NCBI GenBank assembly: GCA_051362555.1
Contig: CM120640.1
Coordinates: forward strand, 39,968,788-40,032,787
DNA: 64,000 nucleotides
From: Lingula anatina
Taxonomy: Eukaryota > Animalia > Brachiopoda
Reading direction: 5' to 3'
Part shown: piece by piece, positions 1-11,253 of the stretch
Layout of the letters: every line of letters begins with the position of its first letter
Numbering within the stretch: position 1 is the stretch's first letter
Position numbers and translations under genes: made by a program
The notes under the pieces: model-generated
Seen by the model: only the letters and a program-made list of their open reading frames with translations
What the model was told of the DNA's origin: nothing
The model's database searches: none

Positions 1-51
1 CTTGGACTTCAAACGTGCACATAATTTCAACTTTCATCTGTCCTGTTACAG

Positions 52-238
52 TGGGGTCCGTAGGCAGTGGGGTGGGGGTGGAGTTTGGGGTTTGAACAAA
101 ATGCCCTTTTCGACAAGAATAGTCCCACTGTTGATCAAAATTTGATCTGGGTTCAATGTTATGAACAAATTTCATGGCAAAAGGATCCACTTTTTCAGAA
201 AATGCATCTCCCTTTGTAATTACTGGCCATGAGCCTGT
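52..238 (+). mobile_element. Degenerate copy of the ~170-bp CAGG-terminated MITE family (best copy at 35390-35558)
   Basis: Its 3' half TTTCATGGCAAAAGGATCCACTTTTTCAGAAAA...ACTGGCCATGAGCCTG matches TTTCATGTTAAAAGGTCCACTTTTTCAGAAAA...TCTGGCTACGGGCCTG of the intact copy. It also has the G-rich 5' half. TIRs are decayed. Confidence 0.6.
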
Positions 239-420
239 GATTTATATCTGACACGAATATGATCCTCCATTTTCAGAGAGAAAATGTTTCACAAGACTGA
301 ATGTTACAATATCAGGATTGTAGCATTCTCCCAGGTTAAGAAACCCCCTGTCACCCTATATCTATCCAGCATTCCTAGCACAAGTGCCATCATCTACAAT
401 TTCAATTCTCTTCAACTTAC

Positions 421-3400
421 CTAAGATCCCAAATGCAAAGTTCAGTTTGATGATACACCTTCTTGAAACCTGAATGGGATTTCAACTGTGGAGTAATAGA
501 CCTATCCGTCCTGCGGAGTATTGTGGAGTGGCGTAAGAGTTCCTTGCCTCTGACTGTTCCAGCCTACTATTGCGCGAATAATATCAACTGACCTGACCTC
601 TGCTGGAGTAGGCAAGTTGGGGCTACTCTCTCTGAGGGGAGAAGGGTGTGAGACGAAAACCTACCTTATGTTACATAATTCCAGTGCTAATAAAATTTCA
701 GCAATAGAATACATTGAAATATTGATTTGTTTTTGCGTAGAATTATTCTAGACTCCAGATTTTTTTCTGCAGTTCTTGGTAGTTTATGTCACATATTGGG
801 AAGTAAACTGATACAGTTATGAAAAGTGGCTTATATTCCAGAAAACTGACTGAGATGCACCCAGTGAAATCACTTATTTCTTATTTGCTACCATAAGTGA
901 TATAACACTCTTTTTTTGCCCAATTAACAAATGCTAGGGTCTAAGTTTCATTTTCAAAAACCAGATTGAAAAAAAAACTTCTTGACAAGCTGATCACCTC
1001 TTCTTGAATTGACTCATGCCAACGGAAATCAAGAGTTTCTTCCTGAATTGCCTTGCATTGGGACTGAAGAACTGTTTTTTTACAAACAGACACTCCCAGC
1101 AAAGCTCTTTCTGGTTAAGTGCATCAAAACAGATTAGTGTTTATCTGCATGGTCTCAATGGTCACATTAGTTCATAATAAAATAATGTTCAATCTGTCCT
1201 CGTTTGATTTCATTGCTCATAAACAATTACTAGCTTTCTGATAATTTGTTTAGATTTTCATACTCATTTTCATATTGTCCAGTGAAAGCCAACTAACAAT
1301 AAATCTAATTAAAAAACTGAATAATTTCTCATTTAAATGAATTGAGGAATAAATACATAAATTAATAAATTTATTAAACAATTAATTAACACATCATCTG
1401 CTTTGAAGGAGGAGAAATTTCTTAAAATCTCTAAATACATCAACTGGACAAAAATAAATATTAGAAAATTGTATACAAAGAAAATGAAGTTTATCATATA
1501 TCAAAGTACTACTATGAACTTACAAAAATAGAACTACTCACAAAGAAATAGATGACAGCCTGAAGATCAAGAAGAGATGACAAAAACTGCTGGCAGTAAA
1601 TCAAACAAATTGAGGTCTCTTGGTGGAAAATCTGCATGCAAAATAGAGTTTAAAAAAACAGTAGGAGTACCTAGTCTCATTCCTCATTTCTGAAGTGGAG
1701 AAGGGCCAGAGATAAGAGGGTCGAAAGTGAGTGTATGAAAGTGTCTGCATGTATAATGTTCAGATAGAAAAGTGGATGTAACTTAAGACAGTGTGTGTGG
1801 TAGATGGACATCCAGATTACTCTGATTGGCATCCGTCCATCAGCAAACCTCAAAAAGTTTACTGGTAAAACACACAAAATAATGGATAATTCATGGCAAG
1901 CAGGATGAAATATGCAAAATCACACTAAGAACACTTATGTAGAATACTTCCTACTTGTACATTGGTGAGTTTAAGCTTTTCTTTTAAAAAATAAAAATTA
2001 AACTTTTCCTATAGTGTATTCAAATGCAGCCAACCAACCAATCAAATAATGCTACAAACAACAAAACACACATCAACTGTATCAAGATAGCTTTGCAAAA
2101 TGACGAAATACTTATTTTTAATTCATTAAAAGCTTTGGAATTCATAAGATATAATGACAAAAAGACCTAATTCAAAAGGAGTGGTTCACATTTTTCCAAG
2201 ATGAAGTGAACTCACATAAAACCATATTGAGGCAGAGGCATGCTCAGAATTAATTGAATCTTTATCAATACCCCATTATATGTCTAAGGGCACAAAAATG
2301 AAAGTCACCAGCTGATTGTGACTTAATTGCAGTAAAGATGCTGAACAAACGATCTTAAAAGTACTGATTATTTTTTCAACTTTTTTCTATTTGTAGAGAC
2401 AATTTTTAAGCATAAATAAATAAATGCAAATTCATTAGATGATTTTTGTGACAAAAAAAAAATAAAATGTTTATTATTTTTTGGTAAGTTCTGCAATATA
2501 CTGAAAGAGATTTTTTTTTTCTTTTTTTCCCCTTATTCTGCAAATACAAAGATCGGAGTCATTCTAGCATAACTTTTTCACAAATAGCTAAATGCCTTAT
2601 TTTCCTGCTATAACAGTTACAAAGCATCAAATATTGAGCATCAAGAATAGCCAATGTAAATTAATTCTGTAGTTTGGGAACTGGACAGACAAGAAAAGTC
2701 AATATTCTCCTCCCTCCATCCTAGGTATTTATTTATACCAAATAACTTATTTATAAACTTTTTCTGAATGAAAATCACGTGTTGTTGTCAAAACCAATTA
2801 TTTACAAATAAGCCATGTGGCAGGTATGGTCTGGTCTATAAGTAGGTGTACCAGGCTGATAGCTGAGGCATACCACAGTGGTTTCCTTTACATAGTGTCT
2901 GCAATTCTAGATGCCACATCACATTCACCATCATCAACCTGATTTTCAGAGGTCACTAGAAATGACCCACTAGTATCAGCATGCATTGGACATCTGCAGT
3001 TCCCAATATTCTATACTGACATGATGATTATACTGAAGATTAGAGGTGACTACCAAACAGTTTCAAACAGATCAATAAATAAAAGTTTTTAATAGTCAAA
3101 TTTAAACATAAATCTGAAGAAATCAAGGACCAGCTGTCCATGACATTCGTTCTACCACTGATTTATTATATTACAGAAAACATCTCCCCAGTTTAGGATG
3201 TGGCTTTATGGAGACATTTTTGCTAACTTTATAAAATCAGATGTAATGCAATAGGCAAAGCCACTTCAGGTTAATAAAACAATAGTTGTGTTGTCTTCTT
3301 GGACATATCAAGAAAACACAGAGTACAGATAAAGCAAACATCAACTAGCCACTTCAGCTCTTACATGTGCTTTGATAGAGGACATTCATCAACTTAGAGC

Positions 3401-4113
3401 TTTCCCTCTAGAATATCTAAAACCTTTTAAGCTATATACTAGTCAAATGGTCCTGTAACAGCATAAAACAAATGTGTATGAATCTTAAGTGTGGTTTATG
3501 TGTTTAAACAAGCCTCTTCACATAAAAACCACACATATGTTGATCTACCCACACAGACAGTCAGACATAAAACAAACCAAAAGGGGTGGGGGACTAATTA
3601 ACTCTGTTACATGGCCTTTAAAAAGACAATCAGTACTAATACTAGTATACTGTAGACAAAAATTAATATGTATTGGACTAAATAGAAACAGGTGTTTAAA
3701 TTAGAAAATCTATTTGTAATAGTTAGGAATGATGAAATATTCCACTTTACCAAGAGAGCTTATAAGTATCAAAACATTTTTAAGATTACACAATCTGAAA
3801 AACCTTATAACCCCTTGCTATTTTAAGTGTAAATTAAGTTTGTACTCAGATAAAAGTACAACTCTGTGAAGTTCCCATATCTTGTTGTACAAATTCCTGA
3901 TTACACATTCTGTGGCTATTTGATCTGAGGTCAGCTAAGTTAATCTATAATTACTGGGAGTGGCCAAATCAAATTTAATCAGAACACCTGCTGATGAAAG
4001 GGATATTCAAGTCTGATCCAGTGCAACGATAAATTGTTGAATTCCTTTTCAGCAGGTTTGTACCTCAAAAATTTCCTGGCAAAAAATGCTCCCTCATAAC
4101 CAGACAAATGTTA

Positions 4114-4165
<52 letters not shown>

Positions 4166-5030
4166 GGGGAGGGGCTATGGCAAATACAGCATTTCCCTTT
4201 TTATATCTAACAAAATTTGACCACAAACTGTTGGCCATAATAAAACGATTTCACAAATCATTGACTGTTGCCGGTTTTATTTTCAAACTTATCCCATCTG
4301 TTTCGTTAAGATACCACTTCTGCTCCCTTCCTCTGTAAGACTTAAAAGCCGTATCGTATCACATTTTGATATTTGAACATATTTTACAAGGCCAGATTAT
4401 GAAAAAAAAATCACATAAATAAAAGCTAGCTCATCAATCTTTAATGAGTATCTTTTTCATAGAGACTTATGTATTAATGCAATGTTACTAACCGTTACTT
4501 AAAAACTTTTAGCACAAGGTTTAGCTACGAGTAACGTTACCCTGTGCTGAAGAGAGTTCCAAATATTTGGAGTAGCTGACCACACACCATCGACTAAACT
4601 ACACTACAGCAAAAAATCATAAAATGGTAAGAATTGGAATTTTGTTTAAGTACTTTCACATTATAACGTCAGTTTTATTAATCTCGGTAACGCTGAACTG
4701 CAAAATGACTCACTCCATTATAATTTCTATGTTGGTTTACAGGACCGCGACAGTGCTTGGTCAAGTGCACGCTTAACGCGTAGCAAAACCAAGATAAAAA
4801 GTTTTCACAAAATCATTATGTGTGATACTTTATCAATTCTAGTGTATTACCCACCTTATTATTCGCTTATGATGAATAATACTTCGAGGAGCTGGTACAA
4901 GCACCAAAAACTCGAGAAAACTGCAGAGTGATTGCTCACCTCGCTTGTAGATTCAACAACAATAGGGCTGTCTTGTTAAACTACTCAAAGCACCTGTGCA
5001 CTCCTGCCCTCTATATTCCAAACCACAGAT
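421..5030 (-). other. Probable 5' part of a spliced minus-strand transcript, divergent from the peroxiredoxin and continuing off the left edge; product unidentified
   Basis: Minus-strand donors: GAG|GTGAGC (exon ending 4940), TAG|GTACTC (~1671), GAG|GTGATC (~998), TAG|GTAAGT (421). Polypyrimidine acceptors at ~1862 and ~1111. I could not assemble one consistent ORF. Confidence 0.3.
4116..4163. repeat. (GT)n microsatellite
   Basis: Read directly from the sequence. Confidence 0.95.
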
Positions 5031-5097
5031 TTGTCACGTGATCAGCCGGCTTTTGGGTAGTTGCATAGTGCTGCTGTTGCGATAAGGGCAAACAAAG
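4940..5097. promoter_or_regulatory. Putative bidirectional promoter with palindromic E-box TCACGTGA; includes the non-coding first exon of the peroxiredoxin (ends 5097)
   Basis: Plus-strand donor AAG|GTAAGT at 5097/5098 and minus-strand donor at 4940 face outwards about 160 bp apart. GTCACGTGAT lies at 5033-5042, CpG is locally enriched, and an AP-1-like TGACTCA lies at 4706-4712. Confidence 0.5.
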
Positions 5098-6679
5098 GTA
5101 AGTTTATAGTGTTGGATTTCTTATCTCAATGTTATTACCTTATAGAGTCAGTGTTGCATTACAGTAAATTTTGTTTTATTGTCCATTCATTTGTTAGTGT
5201 CTTTATCTGACCCTTTGCAGTGCTCATTGCGTGAGTACATGACAGATTTCACGTGTTCTTGTAAGGTTACGGCTTACACAACACAATGTGTATTTTGCTG
5301 CCCTTCCCACGTTCAAAGTAGTATTAAGATTTTATCTTTCTTTTGCCCTTACAAAACTTTTATAATTACCAATAGGTTGCGTGGTAGTGATGAACTGCTG
5401 GTATTTATTTTTACAAACTTCAAACATCTCAAGGTGAAAGTATAGAGCCCTCTGAAGCTCTAATCATCTATGGGTGGGGAATTTGAATTGTCAGGAAAAG
5501 GCATCAGTTATCTTTTATTTATGTGCCTTGTTGACTTGTGTGTAATATTCAAAAATAAAATTGTAATGATTTAAAATATTCAAAATTACCATATCATGCT
5601 ACGTAGTACAAGTATATCAAGAAAAATTCCATTTTACAGCTAAAAAATGTTTGAAATGCTTACTTGGATTTTAAAGCCACATTCCTTATAATAAAGATGT
5701 GTGCTTAAATTTCATTTTTGACAAATGTTTTCTATATTGGCTAGCATGAGAACACTTTAACTTTGGCAAAGTATATACTTAACAAAAAGCAATCATATAA
5801 GCATATAAGTTTTGTACTCGATCAGATATTTTTGTTATTATGAAAAAAATGTAGATCTTTCATCACTTCGAAGCCTGAGATTTCTCAGTGCAGTTTGTGA
5901 ACCCAGTAAGTACCTGGTCATAGAGGAACTTGACTGATGTTTCCATAGATCTTTAAACTAAAGGTGTATGAATAAACAGTACACACCCTATTAATAAATA
6001 AAACTTGATTGATTTACCATACAGGGTATTACAGGGTATACTAACTCAGACAAACGAAAGTGATTAAAATCTTCAGGCGGATGTTCAAGCACGGATGTTA
6101 AAGCATGTGACTATAACTTAATGATGTGTGCTTTATTTACCCAGCTAATGGGACAGCCTTTGAGTTAGGTTGTAGATAAATCAACCTTTGTAATTCTTAT
6201 TGCAATAGAAACTGTGACTGATTATTTGGAAGGTGTATGTATTGGAATGATTATTTACTAGTTAGATTTTTGTGGACAAAAGGTTTGATGAAATAAAGGC
6301 AAATTCAATCTCTCAGACATATTTGCCATATGACATGCAGGTGAAGAAATTCACAAGAATCTGTCTGGTGGTTTTTACTCTATGCCAAACTGGTCATTTT
6401 ACAGTGGAAAGTGTAAGATAAAAGAAATTTTAGAAATAAATAATTCAGATTATTATGTTTTGATTTTCTAAGTGTCATGTTTTCTCATCAAATGGCATGA
6501 TTGCATTTTTTTTTTTCAAATAAAAGAAATCTCCATTATTATGCGAGACGTGAGTTTGGAAGGATTGGATTGACTCCATGTGGTGAGCAAATAGTAATCA
6601 GTCATACAGAAATCCTTGTATGATGGATTTGCCCTTTGGATCAATCCAGATAATTTTTTCCTCTTTAATTTCTCGCTTT

Positions 6680-7017
6680 CAGACATGCTGAAACTGTCGG
6701 TCCGATCGGTAATGACCGGCAAAATTTGTCTGGACCAGTGAAAAATTGGACTTGGTCGGTCCAAAGGACCGACAAGAGTTTTAAGAGTCTCAATTTTGAA
6801 TTTACAGTCATCATTCGACATACTTCACGAATAAAATGATATAAAACCCAAAGCGTTTTTTCCCCTCCATTTCAAACCTATCACATTCACAAACAAAGTT
6901 AGCTACCCTAATCGTACTGGTGATTTTTGGTCCGACAAAAATCCATTCGGTCCGGCAAATTTTTCATTACTGCCGGTCCAAATGTCCAACCATTCTGAAA
7001 AGTTTTCAGCATGTCTG
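6680..7017. mobile_element. 338-bp MITE (hAT-like) with 14-bp TIRs and a 6-bp TSD
   Basis: TIRs CAGACATGCTGAAA ... TTTCAGCATGTCTG. Direct repeat CGCTTT at 6674-6679 and 7018-7023. Several subterminal GGTCC/GGACC motifs at both ends. Confidence 0.85.
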
Positions 7018-7906
7018 CGCTTTTAAACACACACACTCTCTCTCTCTCTCTCTCTCTCTCTTTTCACTTGACAGCCTGTTTGAAATAGTGAAGGTGTTGC
7101 AACCTTAATGATCATTATAGTTATTTGTCCACATAGTGTCCACGTAGAGAATTTATACTACATACTAGTTTACTCATGTACCCATGCATCCCACACATCC
7201 TTAAGTGCCACAATTCACAAATTTGAAAAGAGAGCACTGAAGTGTAGTAATTTATTGTCTCAGTACCAGTATATGTTCATGCAGGTCCAGCATCTTGTCA
7301 AGGTGGATGAATCATGGCTGAATGGACCTTTGCCTTGCATAACTTTCCATCCTCCTTAGGAAAGGCCATTATTATTTGCCTTCTGTCTTTGTTTAGACTT
7401 CCCTTGGATGTGACACTGTTGAAATTTGCATCATAAGTTTTTTTTCTGTACTAGTAATCATGTGGCACTCAGTATTGTTTTATACAACTTCTTTCCACAT
7501 GCACACAGCAGTGTTGATGGCTGATTTTCATGGTCAGATGTCTGTTGGTTTCGCCAGCTTAGTTGGTCACATGGATGTAATCATTTCTTATGAGGAAAAC
7601 AGAATCTCGATGTTGGATTTATAAAGGTATAGGGGGCCTTGATAAAATTTCAATGATTTATTATAATCAAGTAGTGAAATTTGGGTGAACAGTGAACAAA
7701 TTTGAACTTATATATATTTCATAAGTTACACAATCTGCTATCTTCACAAAGTGAGCATTGAATATTTCTAAATAAAAAAGTAATGAAGCAATGTAAATTA
7801 TTTAAGAAAAAGAATTATGATACTTTCCCTCAAGACTCTGTAACGTTGAAGGTTATGGGATTCAGAGGTTGAAGAGTCGCACAGTCTTTAGTCTAGGTTA
7901 GAGAGG

Positions 7907-8020
7907 ATGTCGGAGGCAATCTTTGTGGAGGTTAGAAGGGGAGGATACATGACCGTGGGGAAAACTCTGGATGGGAAGGAACCAGAGCCTAAGGTTGCTG
8001 TAACTCATGAGGTTGTAGAA
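7907..8020 (+). CDS. Candidate alternative first coding exon of the peroxiredoxin (38 aa: MSEAIFVEVRRGGYMTVGKTLDGKEPEPKVAVTHEVVE)
   Basis: ATG at 7907 opens 114 nt ending at the strong phase-0 donor GAA|GTGAGT. It is in frame with the acceptor at 11224, is a purine-rich exon-like island, and has an acceptor TTTCCCTCAAG at 7834. Confidence 0.5.
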
Positions 8021-8464
8021 GTGAGTTGGGATAAGCTGGATTTTTGCAATCGATCATTTTGATGATTTGTTGGATAACTGTTTTAACATTTTTATGGGAG
8101 CCCTACTGGATTGAATTTCGTGCTTAGAAATGCCAGTTTCCATTAGATATCTGTCAGGTGAAAAAGTTGATACCAATTAATGATAAATTACTTACAATTT
8201 TAGAAACTTTCAAAATCTGAATTACAAATAATGTATTTCTTAACATGGGATTTCAACTGGCTTGATATTGGATAGGCACACCTGGTATTTTACTTCTTGA
8301 ACAATCTATAGTAGTTTGTATCAGCTGTATACTAGTAGGATATTGGTATTGGATGCACGTAATGAAACACTAATGCCTGTCTGTGTGTTATAGCTATGAT
8401 TGACTTTCAAAGCTGCTTTAGTGTATTCATATTTCAGATCTGCTCTCATGATGGCTGCAGCATG

Positions 8465-8465
8465 T

Positions 8466-8508
<43 letters not shown>

Positions 8509-8512
8509 TTTT
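8465..8512. repeat. (TTTA)n microsatellite
   Basis: Read directly from the sequence. Confidence 0.9.
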
Positions 8513-9997
8513 TTGTGATATAACTTAATTTCAAATAAAATAACTTATGGATTCAATACTTAAATTTAATTAAATAAATAAATAGAATTCAAATATTTGA
8601 TTATGCATATATGATATGTCCAGTAGCAATCAGCATTTGGTGAAATATCTATATTTTATCATGAGTATATCTTATCTGTATCGATGATTGCCCTTATCAG
8701 GTATGTTCACTTATTTTCCACTCCAGTGGTTTGTGCTTGGGCTTACACTGCATCAAATTCTAAATTGTCATGGTACGGCTAATGTGCATTCTCGAATTAT
8801 TTGTCTTGGTCTGGTGCTTTTCTTTGTAAGGTGGCTGAAAGAATTGTAAAATATTCTAAAGAAGCAATTGGAAATTCCTAAAATGAACCGAAGCTTGAGT
8901 TCTTTCTTTTGTTTGTTTGTTTGATGACAAAAGATTGAATATAAGGAATGATATTCATATTTCAAAAGAGAAAGGACTACCTTTACTGTGATGGCATACT
9001 TACACCTTGTCCACTATCATTCTGACAGTGCACTGTTGGGCACTGTTGTGCCATTTACGCATCCAGTGGCAATTTATTCAAGATCTTTGTTTCAGTCTTA
9101 TTGAGTAGCTGAGAGAGCAAAGCCCTAGATTTAAATGTGGACAGCGATTCTATTTTTGATTTACTTTTTATTTGCTGAGTGGCTTTGTTTGGTAAAACTG
9201 CAGGTTCCTTTGAATATCAGCATGATGGGATTCTTTTTTACATTTCTTTTTAATTTTGTTCAGTGTCTGTATATTTTCCAGCTTTACTGTGTAGTTTTAA
9301 GATAATCCCCACTCTACCCCACTCTTGTACAAGAAACAAGATGAAAAAACTGTAGGTGGTATGCACAAAACACCTGATATTCTGTGACATTTCACTCTTT
9401 TATTGACTCATTTCCTTGAAAAATATTAGAATTTGATAGGCACAATCATGGTGGAAGTAAAATACACTACTTCTCTTTTAGCGGTAATTTGATCAATTGG
9501 TTTTCTTGGCATATCCATGATAGTGAACAGAATGGAAAAATTTATGTCATTGGAATAAGAAATTTTGTCCGAAAGATTTTTTTGTATCAGCTGCCAATTC
9601 ACTACAGGCAAGCCACTTTATTGTAATCAAGTCATTCACTTGTACCATACTGCCTAATTGAAGCACATCAAATCACAAGATAACTACTTGAGAAAACCCT
9701 AGGTAAGACTACCCTTTCCCAATTATTGACAATTCCATTGATGGGAAAACAGCAGAAAGCAATAGCAGGTGGAGAGCGTGCCATGTGACTGACTTTTCTC
9801 AGTTAAGCCTCTGCCATTGCTGCTAGCTTAATTAGTTGATCTGTAGGCAGCAGTGTCATAGGTAAGGTTTGCCGAGTCTTTGCTAAATAAGGTGGGAAAC
9901 AGCAATTATCACAATCTGTTGACAAGAAATTGGGGAGTTGTAGACAACACTGGGCAACAGCAGTGCATAAATTTGTTATATAGTCCAGTGACATTTT

Positions 9998-10270
9998 ATG
10001 TCAGTCCAGATGCAAAAGGCAGGATTGAAACTACGAACGAACAAGAGTGCACAGGTGTCATCAGCATCTTCATCGGCATCGGCAAGCAGCAAAAGTCGCG
10101 GCAGGAAGAACGAGACAATGAACACCAAGAAAGCTGCTGAGAAGAGCGGTAGTGTCGGCAGCAGGCATGAAAATCATTCCCCTGCCACGCCTGCTGCTCC
10201 TTGTACATGTAATTGTGCCTCGGAGTTGGCAGTCAAAATGACCGAGCTCTTGGGTCATTTATCATTGGAG
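9998..10270 (+). CDS. Candidate alternative first coding exon of the peroxiredoxin (91-aa Ser/Lys/Arg-rich N-terminal extension)
   Basis: GC-rich 273-nt ORF segment ending at the phase-0 donor GAG|GTATAC, in frame with the acceptor at 11224. Upstream acceptor TTTTCTCAG at 9802 and donor TAG|GTAAGA at 9702. Confidence 0.55.
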
Positions 10271-11253
10271 GTATACAGTTATTGAAAAGATGTCTTGGTG
10301 CTCTATACAATGGTTTTGCTAGATGTTGTATTGTTTAATAAGATAGCTCAGCTAAGTGGTGTTCACGTAGGCAATATCTCAGAATAGCCTTGCATGCAGC
10401 TATGATTCTGTATTGTACTGGGCAGATTGTGTTGTGTTATGCATTATATAGGTGCAAATAAAGAAGACATTACAGCTACGTATGTCTTCAAGATAAGGTT
10501 GGTATTTGAAATACATTGCTTTACGTTGTAATACCAGGTGGACGTTTTGAAATGTCAATATTTGCAGACATGTCTCTATATCCGATATATCTATAAAACT
10601 GTCATGATGGGTTGATTATCAACTAGAGCTTATAAAGCCGGTCTGTCTTTAAATATTCATGGCACACGGGACAATTTGTTTGACAGTCATCTCGTGAAAG
10701 AATTTTTTAAAAATTTTTCCTGGTGATATACAAGGGCAGCAAAATGGCATGGGAACGGCAAGATAACAGTTGGGTCAAGGTTGTGTATTTCTCACAAATT
10801 GATGATCAGTATCCAAATGACTTTGTGTGAGCTCTTAATTGTTTTTGTATTATTTAGATCTATACTGGTAGTTATGCTTTATGGTAACACCTGTTGTATG
10901 CTATTGTAATTACTACAATTATAGTGTGTGTTGTGTCTTCTAAATGAACTGTGCTATATAATATAGTCGTGCCATTTGAGCAGGGTAAGCTAAGGAATAA
11001 TGTTTTGGGATTTTGTTCTGGCATTTTGTGTTTTTTGTGTTATGATAATTTTTTTTTTCCAAACAAGTCCTGTTTTTCTTAAAGAAACGGGTTTATTTTT
11101 CACTGTTAGTCTTATCCAACATGAGTACATCATTGGTGAAATTTGTCATGCAAGCATTTGAGACCACTTTATCTATATATTTGACACGATTTGTAATTGT
11201 CATAATTGATTTCTATCTTTTAGAGGACACCAAGTTCCAGCCAAAGTGCCAAT

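Noticed and set aside
4108-4338. ORFs with CVCVCV, LSLSLS or ERERER runs (also near 54.4-54.9 kb and 62.7-63.5 kb)
   Set aside because: Translations of dinucleotide microsatellites.
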